A DNA stretch of 32,000 bases from an uncultured Chloroflexia bacterium (GTDB lineage Bacteria; Chloroflexota; Ktedonobacteria; Ktedonobacterales; JADMIN01). Location of the stretch: positions 630,001 through 662,000 of the forward strand of contig CAVRAI010000004.1 of assembly GCA_963718915.1 (NCBI GenBank). Direction: 5' to 3'. Of this stretch, positions 25,470 through 32,000 are shown one piece after another. The notes below the pieces were generated by a model. It ran no database searches and was not told where the DNA came from. It saw only the letters and a program-made list of their open reading frames with translations. Position 1 is the first letter of the stretch. Each line of letters starts with the position of its first letter. Position numbers and translations under genes: made by a program.

Positions 25470-26469
25470 CTTGATCAACCTCACTGGGATCTGGGAAAGG
25501 CGCGTTGAGCGCGAAATCTACTGCCGCCTCGATCTCGGCGCGCGCCTCCCGTGTCATCCGGTCAAGCGCATCAGCCTCGGCAATACCCTGCTCCGTCAGC
25601 CACTGGCCGTGCAGAGTGATCGGGTCGCGCTGGGTCTTCCAGTGTTCCTCCTCTTCTTTGGAGCGGTAGTACGTGCGCTGGATATCGCCAACGTGGTGGC
25701 CATAGTAGCGATAGGTGTTACAGAGGAGGAATGACGGCCCCTCGCCACGACGCGCTCGCTCGACCATACCACATGTGGCGGCATAGACGGCGCGAACATC
25801 CTGGCCATCGACCACGTCGGAAGGAATGCCGAACGCCTGTGGTCGCGCGGTCAACTCGCCCGCGGTGGTCTCGCTGTAATGCGTGTACTCGTTATACAGG
25901 TTGTTTTCGCACACGTAGATGACGGGCAGTTTCCACAGCGAGGCCATGTTCATGACCTCATACACGATGCCCTGCCCAAGCGCGCCATCGCCAAAGAAAC
26001 AGACGGCAACCTGGTCCGCGCCACGCATCTTGCTTGAGAATGCCGCGCCCGTCGCGATGCCCGCGCTGCCGCCGACGATAGCGTTGGCTCCCAGATTGCC
26101 CGTATCCTGGTCGGCAATGTGCATGGAGCCGCCCTTGCCCTTGCAATAGCCAGCCTCTTTGCCGAGCAGTTCGGCGAACATGCGATCAACGGAAGCGCCT
26201 TTCGCCAGACAGTGACCGTGACCGCGGTGCGTGCTGGTGATGTAGTCATCGCGTCGCAACGCCGCGCAGACGCCCACCGCAACCGCCTCCTCGCCAGAGT
26301 ACAGGTGCGCAAGACCAGGCATGCGCGCGGTCTTGTAGAGGTCGTTGACCTGTTCCTCGAAGAGACGAATCCTGATCATTTGCCGGTACATATCAAGCCA
26401 GAGCTCGCCCTCAGTGGCGTCTGACTGGCTGGCATTCTGCGCCTGTCGCGCGGTTTTCGCCTGTGCCAT
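25456..26469 (-). CDS. Thiamine-diphosphate-dependent 2-oxoacid dehydrogenase E1 component alpha subunit (acetoin/pyruvate dehydrogenase-like)
   Basis: TPP motif GDGALGQGIVYEVMNMASLWKLPVIYVCENN, plus YRYYGHH. GAGGAGAGG upstream of ATG 26469. Confidence 0.92.
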   Translation of the reverse strand: MAQAKTARQAQNASQSDATEGELWLDMYRQMIRIRLFEEQVNDLYKTARMPGLAHLYSGEEAVAVGVCAALRRDDYITSTHRGHGHCLAKGASVDRMFAELLGKEAGYCKGKGGSMHIADQDTGNLGANAIVGGSAGIATGAAFSSKMRGADQVAVCFFGDGALGQGIVYEVMNMASLWKLPVIYVCENNLYNEYTHYSETTAGELTARPQAFGIPSDVVDGQDVRAVYAATCGMVERARRGEGPSFLLCNTYRYYGHHVGDIQRTYYRSKEEEEHWKTQRDPITLHGQWLTEQGIAEADALDRMTREARAEIEAAVDFALNAPFPDPSEVDQDVYA

Positions 26470-26505
26470 GTGGGCCTCTCCTCTACTTTCCAGAGCATGC
26501 GCCCG

Positions 26506-27246
26506 CTATGGGAGATTCACATCCGTTGATGTGTTGCCAAGTGACGTGTTGCCGAGTATTGCTTGCCGGGTATCTGCGCGCACCTGCTTTAAATGCGCGC
26601 GCATACTGTCCCGGGCAGCCTCAGAATCTTTCTTCACGATCGCATTCAGTACGCGCTTGTGATGCATTTGCCCACGCTGAGGTCCACCAGGCACGGCAAA
26701 GATCAGTTTGCGCTGATCGCTGAGAAGATCGACAATCGAATCCATGAGCGCCAATATCAAGGGATTGCCAGAACCGCGCGCCACCGCGCGATGAAATTCG
26801 TTGTCGGCGGCAATGAAGGCGTCAGCATCATCGAGCGCATGCTCCATCGCCTCGTACGCCGCCCGCATTGCCGCGATATGCTCGCCCTCCGCACGCCCCG
26901 CCGCCAAAGCCGCCATCTCTGGTTCGAGGATTTCGCGCACCTCGGTGAGATGCTCCGTGACGTGTCGGCTGCCAATGCGCATCATCAAGTGGAGCGAGTG
27001 GCGCACAGCCTGCGATGTACCATCAATCACCATCGTTCCCCGGCCGGGCCGCATATCAACCAGGCCCCGCTGTGCGAGCGTCTTCAAGGCCTCGCGCACG
27101 GCGGTGCGGCTTGCGCCGAATTGCTCCCCCAGCTCGCGTTCCGAGCCAAGGTAGTCGCCATGACGCAACTCACCCGAGAGAATGCGCCGCTCGATCTGAG
27201 CCGCGATCTGCTCGAATACCCTGCTGCGCTCGATCCGGTCGTACAT
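26506..27246 (-). CDS. GntR family (FadR/FCD subfamily) transcriptional regulator
   Basis: wHTH LGSERELGEQFGASRTAVREALKTLAQRGLV plus a helical FCD-type C-terminal domain. GAGGA lies 5-6 nt upstream of ATG 27246; the track start is 27282. Confidence 0.9.
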   Translation of the reverse strand: MYDRIERSRVFEQIAAQIERRILSGELRHGDYLGSERELGEQFGASRTAVREALKTLAQRGLVDMRPGRGTMVIDGTSQAVRHSLHLMMRIGSRHVTEHLTEVREILEPEMAALAAGRAEGEHIAAMRAAYEAMEHALDDADAFIAADNEFHRAVARGSGNPLILALMDSIVDLLSDQRKLIFAVPGGPQRGQMHHKRVLNAIVKKDSEAARDSMRAHLKQVRADTRQAILGNTSLGNTSTDVNLP

Positions 27247-27285
27247 GCATTCCTCACTGCCAGCTTTGCCACGTCGTCCCAAACT

Positions 27286-27322
27286 GGTATGACAATCATA
27301 CCGCAGGACAAAAAGTTGTCAA
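27286..27322 (-). promoter_or_regulatory. Candidate operon promoter with a GntR-type palindromic operator over the -10
   Basis: Minus strand: TTGACA (27322..27317), 16 nt, TATGAT (27300..27295). Perfect inverted repeat GGTATGA-caa-TCATACC (27286..27302) fits the GntR GT-n-AC style and overlaps the -10. Lies 40 nt upstream of the gntR ATG. Confidence 0.55.
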
Positions 27323-27357
27323 GCGTCAGACTCATCAGCTGTGATGCGCAATGTTTG

Positions 27358-28354
27358 TTACACATGAGTTGGCAGGTTGGCGCGTGCGGCCTGATACCAC
27401 CGCGAATCGCAGTATTCTTCGGGCTGTCCCAATCGTATGCCAGTGGGGCCGTACGTCCGGCGCAGCGCAATAACCTGACGCAGACCCTGCTCGTCGAGCG
27501 CGGCATCTCTTCCGTAGCCTGTCGTAGGTAAAACAAACGACGCATACACTCGTGCAACTAGATCGGGCGCTATGCCAAGTGATGACTCTGAGCGCATGAG
27601 CGCCTGGGCCGACTCGGAATTCGCGGGATCATCAAGCCAGCGTAGCGCTTGCAGGATGGCAGTGATATACCGCGTCACCATCTCTGGATGCGCGTTCATC
27701 CATTGGCGCACACCGGCAGTCGAACCAGACGCATAGGCGGGATATGCTACGGACGAAGACGCGAGTTGAGCGCATCCACGCTCGGCGGCGCGCTGATCAA
27801 ACGGCGCATAGAGAACCGTGGCCGCGATAGATCCCCGCCAACAGCGCATCGCAACGTGCATGTGTCGCGCCAGCCACGGCGAACGAATAGTCGCGCTCCA
27901 GCGTCAACCCCTGACGCTGGAGCAAGTCGCGTAATACCAGAGCAAAGCCGGAGGTGGGATTGTCTACGCCAAGGGTCGTGCCAAGCAGATCGTTGATGCC
28001 AGCCGCGCCGGTCCGAGCGTAGACACTCAGCGGGCCGACACTGCCGCCCAGCACCATCGCAATTTCTGGCGCGGTGGTAGACTCCACCCCAAAAGCGGCG
28101 GGCTGCGTCGCGAAATTGATCACATTGTCTGGAGCCGTCTGGATGAGGTCAAACTCACCCCGCGCCAGACCGGCAAGTTGAGCAGCTGACCCAGCCGTAA
28201 ATGTCAGGTCGATGACGAGTCCACGTGCGGCGAAGTAGCCCTCACGTATGGCGACATACAGCGGAAGATTCTGCAACCCTTTGAACGAGTTGATACGCAG
28301 TCTGCTGTTCGATGCTCTCTGATCCACGATGCTGCTCACGATCCGACGGGCCAC
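27358..28354 (-). pseudogene. NMT1/THI5-like (NitT/TauT-type) substrate-binding protein, split by a +1 frameshift
   Basis: ORFs 27797..28354 and 27358..27861 are the N- and C-halves of one protein. Removing one C from the CCCC run 27833..27836 gives a continuous ...THARCDALLAGSIAATVLYAPFDQ.... The GTG start at 28354 overlaps the upstream TAG. Confidence 0.7.
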
Positions 28355-29241
28355 TACGGCTCGATGCCAGCCATCTTTGCAAGCACTTTATAGACGATGA
28401 AGAAATCATGCTCGGCCAGCCCCATCGCGCGCGCAGCCGTCAGAAACTCGTTGCTTAAGGCGACTGTTGGGAGCGGGACATCAAACTGCCGCCCCATATC
28501 CAGAGCCAGCAGCATGTCCTTCTGCATCATGTTGACATTGAACCAGGCTTCAGCTGGTTCATTAAGAATGAAAGGAGTGCGGTACTTGAGAGAAGGCGAG
28601 GCAATCACGCTATCGAGAAGAACTTTCAATGCCGTCGCGCGAGGAATACCGCCCTTTTCCGCGAGGAGTAACGCCTCGGAGAAAGCCATGATTTGCACCT
28701 GCAAATTGAGGTTTACGGCGATCTTCATCAGCACAGCCTGACCATTGGCGCCCACGTAGTTGACGGTGGGTGCAATCGCCTCTAGCACAGGCCTGACGCG
28801 CTCGAGGGTCTCTCGGTCGCCGCCGACCATCATCGATAATTGGCCCTGCTCCAGGGTAATTGGGCTGCCCGAGACAGGCGTATCGAGCATGCGTGCGCCA
28901 CGCGCCGCCACCTGATCCGCCAACTCGCGCGACTTCGCCGGGCTGACCGTGCTCATATCGATGTAGACCTTGCCTGGCCGTAGCCCAGCCAGCACGCCAT
29001 TCGGCCCCTGCACGACCGCCTCAAGCGCGTCGGTATTGGTGACCATAGTGAAGATGATCTCAGCCGATTCCGCCACCTCGCGCGGCGTATTGGCCCAGCG
29101 CATCCCGGCAGCCAGCAGCCATTGCACTTTGGATGGCGTGCGGTTGAAACCAACGACCTCGTATCCGGCATCCAGGAGCCGCTTCGTGACGCGGCCACCC
29201 ATCGCGCCAAGACCGATGAAGCCAAGAGCGACACGAGCCAT
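28354..29241 (-). CDS. NAD(P)-dependent oxidoreductase, 3-hydroxyisobutyrate dehydrogenase (HIBADH) family
   Basis: Rossmann motif LGFIGLGAMGGRV, plus DMSTVSP and DTPVSGS motifs. GGAGG lies 8 nt upstream of ATG 29241. Confidence 0.9.
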   Translation of the reverse strand: MARVALGFIGLGAMGGRVTKRLLDAGYEVVGFNRTPSKVQWLLAAGMRWANTPREVAESAEIIFTMVTNTDALEAVVQGPNGVLAGLRPGKVYIDMSTVSPAKSRELADQVAARGARMLDTPVSGSPITLEQGQLSMMVGGDRETLERVRPVLEAIAPTVNYVGANGQAVLMKIAVNLNLQVQIMAFSEALLLAEKGGIPRATALKVLLDSVIASPSLKYRTPFILNEPAEAWFNVNMMQKDMLLALDMGRQFDVPLPTVALSNEFLTAARAMGLAEHDFFIVYKVLAKMAGIEP

Positions 29242-29339
29242 ATCCAGACCTCCAGGTGATTACGTGAACGACAGCGTGGCCCGCCATCGTCACTGTTTCC
29301 GTTTCCTCGCTCATGAGGCCCACAACGTGGCAAGGGTCG

Positions 29340-30392
29340 TCATGGCGTGGCATCGCCACCGTTGCGCGCTGCTTGCGCCGCCTTCGCAAACGGAGCAGGA
29401 CCCGTGCTCTGGCGAACGATCAACTCAACGGACATCACCAGTGGCTCCGGCGCCGTCGTTCCACTGGTAATCTGCGCAAGCAGGCGCTCTGCCGCTGCCC
29501 GTCCCATTTCGTGTAGCGGTAGATGGACAGTCGTCAGCAAACGAGTTGTGCCGAGAACCGTTGAGATATCGTTGAAACCGACAATTGAGATATCGCCCGG
29601 CGTCTGAAGGCCCGCCTCTTCTATCGCACGCAGAGCGCCAACCGCGGCCAGATCGTTGACCGCGAAGATCGCTGTTGGCGGCTGGGCCAAAGCGAGGAGT
29701 TGCCGTGTCGCCTCATAGCCACCCGGTGCGCGAAAGCTACCATGCACGATGAGATCGGGATCAACAGCCAGGTTGTGCCGCTCGAGTGTATCTCGATATC
29801 CGCGGGCGCGTGTGTAGCCCGTCGACATTTCATCTGAACCCGCAATGTGGGCGATACGGCGATGACCCAGTTCAATGAGATGCTCCACAGCAGCGATCGC
29901 TCCAGCGTAGTCATCGGGCACGACAGTATTTCCGGCAATGGGATCGGTGTGGCGGTTGACCATCACGAAGGGGAACTCACCCGCCGTCAGCGCATTGATT
30001 ATGGGATCCTCTCGTCGCGCCGTCGCGATGAGTAATCCATCCACCTGCCGTCCGCGCAACATGGCGATGCTACTTTGCTCGCGCTCCAATTCGTCGTCCG
30101 TATTGGCCATAATCACGCTGTATCCCCTGGCGGCCATCGCATCCTCTATGCCCCGGAACAGAATGGCAAAGAACGGGTTGGCAATGTCAGGGATTACTGT
30201 GCCAACGACAAAACTACGCCTTGTCCGGAGGGAGCGTGCCAGATGATTCGGCTGATAACCCTGCTCGCGAGCCAGCGCCAGAATGCGCGCGCGTACTTCC
30301 TCGCTCACCCGTTGCTGCGGATCGTCATTGAGCACCCGCGCAACTGTCGAGGGATGTACTCCAGCCAACCTGGCAAGGTCTTTCAAGGTCAT
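29340..30392 (-). CDS. LacI family transcriptional regulator
   Basis: HTH MTLKDLARLAGVHPSTVARVLN, YQPNHLARSLR hinge, periplasmic-binding-protein-like core. ATG 30392 is preferred to 30410. Confidence 0.9.
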   Translation of the reverse strand: MTLKDLARLAGVHPSTVARVLNDDPQQRVSEEVRARILALAREQGYQPNHLARSLRTRRSFVVGTVIPDIANPFFAILFRGIEDAMAARGYSVIMANTDDELEREQSSIAMLRGRQVDGLLIATARREDPIINALTAGEFPFVMVNRHTDPIAGNTVVPDDYAGAIAAVEHLIELGHRRIAHIAGSDEMSTGYTRARGYRDTLERHNLAVDPDLIVHGSFRAPGGYEATRQLLALAQPPTAIFAVNDLAAVGALRAIEEAGLQTPGDISIVGFNDISTVLGTTRLLTTVHLPLHEMGRAAAERLLAQITSGTTAPEPLVMSVELIVRQSTGPAPFAKAAQAARNGGDATP

Positions 30393-30458
30393 TTTTAGGC
30401 GGCCTTGCAATTGCTATTGGCCTGTCGCTCGCTCACCAGTACAGTCCTCCCTCGTTTT

Positions 30459-30474
30459 GAACAAACGGTTGTTC
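30459..30474. promoter_or_regulatory. LacI-type operator, site A
   Basis: GAACAAACGGTTGTTC is a 16-bp palindrome (14/16 symmetric) centred on CG. It matches the general LacI/GalR pattern AAnCGnTT. Lies 67 nt upstream of the lacI-family ATG. Confidence 0.5.
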
Positions 30475-30674
30475 TGACAACAGTAGCATCAAATATAGGG
30501 CCTGTCAATTATCGTCGGGCAGCCACTTCAGGCATAGTCATGATGTGATCGTGGCGACATCTCCCTCTGGTTCCCACATCAAGAATACCACCAGACGGCG
30601 ATTCCGGCACAGACTGCGGGTATGCCGTTGCGCAACGACCCGTGTTTCGTGCCACGTGTCAACTGGGCGGCGCA

Positions 30675-30703
30675 TTGACATGCTCAGCGGGTAGTGCTAC
30701 AGT
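30675..30703 (+). promoter_or_regulatory. Candidate sigma70-type promoter for the alpha/beta hydrolase gene
   Basis: TTGACA (30675..30680), 17 nt, TACAGT (30698..30703). Confidence 0.5.
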
Positions 30704-30706
30704 TTC

Positions 30707-30743
30707 GTGCAATCGTTTGTTCATCACAAACAAACGATTGTTC
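30707..30743. promoter_or_regulatory. LacI-type operators, sites B and C
   Basis: Site B is GTGCAATCGTTTGTTC (30707..30722) and site C is AAACAAACGATTGTTC (30728..30743). Both share the site A consensus. Centres are 21 bp apart, and site B starts 4 nt after the -10. Together they also form a 12-bp-arm inverted repeat CAATCGTTTGTT/AACAAACGATTG. Confidence 0.55.
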
Positions 30744-30852
30744 AGCGTGATGAGCGCCGACCTGGATACGCAACAACCGATGGACGAGTTGCTGAAGCAT
30801 GCTCGAATGAATTGAGCGGCAAGACCACGCTCCTGGCGTGCAGGGAGGAAAT

Positions 30853-31953
30853 ATGACCACGACTGACTCTAACGCACATGAGAGCACAAGCTATTCCCAG
30901 CAAGACGAGCGCGTTCGCATTGCCGTCAGTCACTGGGCGCCGCGATTTGTCGCGAACGGTGTGGATCTGAGCGACTTCAACGCCACCCTGGCGCGTATCC
31001 AGACCTGGAGCCAGTGGTTGACGGAGTGGGCAACGACGGCGCGTGGCTATGAAGACCTCGCCCAGACCGCGGAATCCCGTGGGTTCGCCGTGACAGCTGC
31101 CGAGGCCTGGCGTCGCGCCGCACTCTGCTGGCACTTTGGCAAGTTCGTCTTCATGGAGGATCCCGATCTCGCACGAACGGCCCAGCAACGGCTGGTAGAA
31201 GAGTATCAGAAAGGGATGTGGGCGCTGGAACCGCCTGCGACGCGCGTCGAGATTCCCTACGGCGCCGTTCGTATGGCCGCGTTACTCCGTCTGCCAGCAG
31301 GGATAGACCTGCCGCCCGTGGTCATCATGCTCCCAGGGCTAGACTCAACCAAAGAGGAAATCCAGACGACCGCCGATTTCTTTTTACAGCGCGGGCTGGC
31401 GACGCTAGCGGTAGACGGACCTGGGCAGGGTGAGACCGAGGAACTGCTGCGCATCGAGCCAGCGTATGAGCACGCCGCTCAGACTGTGATGGACTGGATC
31501 AAGACACGCGACGATCTCGACCATAATCGTGTCGGTGTCTTTGGCGTCAGCCTCGGCGGCTACTACGCAATACGAACAGCGGCGTATGTCCCTGGCATCA
31601 AGGCAGCGGTTGATCTGGCGGGACTCTACTCGATGGCTGAACACTGGGATGAACGCCCACCCATGACACGCGCCACCTTTAGCAAGCGTTCCGGCGCGGC
31701 GGACGAGGCGGAGGCGCGGCAACACGCGCACGCGATGTCTCTCGTCGGCGTCACCCAGCATGTGCGCTGTCCACTGCTCATCGTGCATGGTACTCGCGAT
31801 ACCATTGTTCTCTTCAGCGACGCGGAGCGTATCCACGCCGAAGTACCAGGTTCTGAACTGGCCGCGTTCGAGGGGAGCAATCACGGTTGTACTGACCGTG
31901 TCTTCGCGTCGCGCGCTCTGATGGCCGACTGGTTAGCCCAGCATCTCGGCTAG
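30853..31953 (+). CDS. Alpha/beta hydrolase (FrsA / dihydropseudooxynicotine-hydrolase-like esterase family)
   Basis: Nucleophile elbow GVSLGG, PGLDSTKEE and VDGPGQGE blocks, C-terminal HG. GGGAGGAAAT lies immediately upstream of ATG 30853; the track start is 30838. Confidence 0.85.
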   Translation: MTTTDSNAHESTSYSQQDERVRIAVSHWAPRFVANGVDLSDFNATLARIQTWSQWLTEWATTARGYEDLAQTAESRGFAVTAAEAWRRAALCWHFGKFVFMEDPDLARTAQQRLVEEYQKGMWALEPPATRVEIPYGAVRMAALLRLPAGIDLPPVVIMLPGLDSTKEEIQTTADFFLQRGLATLAVDGPGQGETEELLRIEPAYEHAAQTVMDWIKTRDDLDHNRVGVFGVSLGGYYAIRTAAYVPGIKAAVDLAGLYSMAEHWDERPPMTRATFSKRSGAADEAEARQHAHAMSLVGVTQHVRCPLLIVHGTRDTIVLFSDAERIHAEVPGSELAAFEGSNHGCTDRVFASRALMADWLAQHLG

Positions 31954-32000
31954 GGCGCGATCTATCCAGTATCGGTCTCTCGCTTCTCATTCGACACTCG

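Noticed and set aside
23391-25508. Long + strand ORFs 23391..24287 (298 aa) and 24504..25508 (334 aa)
   Set aside because: They are antisense shadows of the M24 and E1 beta genes and have no motifs.
26520-26560. Direct repeat GTGTTGCC(A/G)AGT x2, encoding LGNTS-LGNTS at the GntR C-terminus
   Set aside because: It is a short in-frame duplication in a non-conserved tail, with no evidence of function.
26593-27531. 312-aa + strand ORF
   Set aside because: It is antisense to the GntR regulator gene and runs across its promoter. It has no motifs.
27797-27861. Programmed +1 frameshift in the binding-protein gene
   Set aside because: There is no slippery heptamer, stimulatory structure or known precedent for this family. 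A homopolymer indel or sequencing error is the simpler explanation.
1-32000. CRISPR arrays, rRNA, IS elements, integrases
   Set aside because: I scanned for regularly spaced repeats, rRNA-like conserved blocks and transposase or recombinase motifs. None was seen. The only repeats are those listed above.

Overview
High-GC window (about 65% in a hand-counted coding block). It looks like the chromosome of a Gram-positive-type or Chloroflexota-like bacterium; that placement is inference from protein content only. The window is gene-dense with about 30 real genes, and most long ORFs antisense to them are GC-driven shadows.

Gene order, left to right:
- A tetR-ABC-ABC exporter operon on the minus strand.
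- A glycerophosphodiesterase and a PQQ-like beta-propeller lipoprotein.
- A Ser/Thr kinase with a zinc ribbon, then RNase J.
- A small membrane protein with split CxxC motifs.
- tRNA-Glu(UUC), followed by a 760-bp AT-richer two-gene insert bounded by a perfect 68-bp repeat of the tRNA.
- A cupin/TetR divergent pair, a nitroreductase, a family III CoA-transferase, a DUF4139/MuiA-like protein, an F420-type LLM oxidoreductase and a tandem GNAT.
- A Cys-rich lipoprotein.
- A GntR-led minus-strand operon: E1alpha-E1beta-M24 hydrolase-E2-LivJ-like binding protein.
- A HIBADH-like dehydrogenase plus a frameshifted NMT1-like binding protein.
- A LacI regulator divergent from an alpha/beta hydrolase.

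No rRNA, CRISPR array, transposase or integrase was seen.

The most unusual locus is the integrase-less tRNA-Glu islet. It carries a minimal Pol-beta-type nucleotidyltransferase and a small helical partner. The second is the 2-oxoacid dehydrogenase operon, which has an embedded M24 hydrolase whose second metal-binding Asp is replaced by Cys. Several promoter/operator architectures can be read directly from the sequence.
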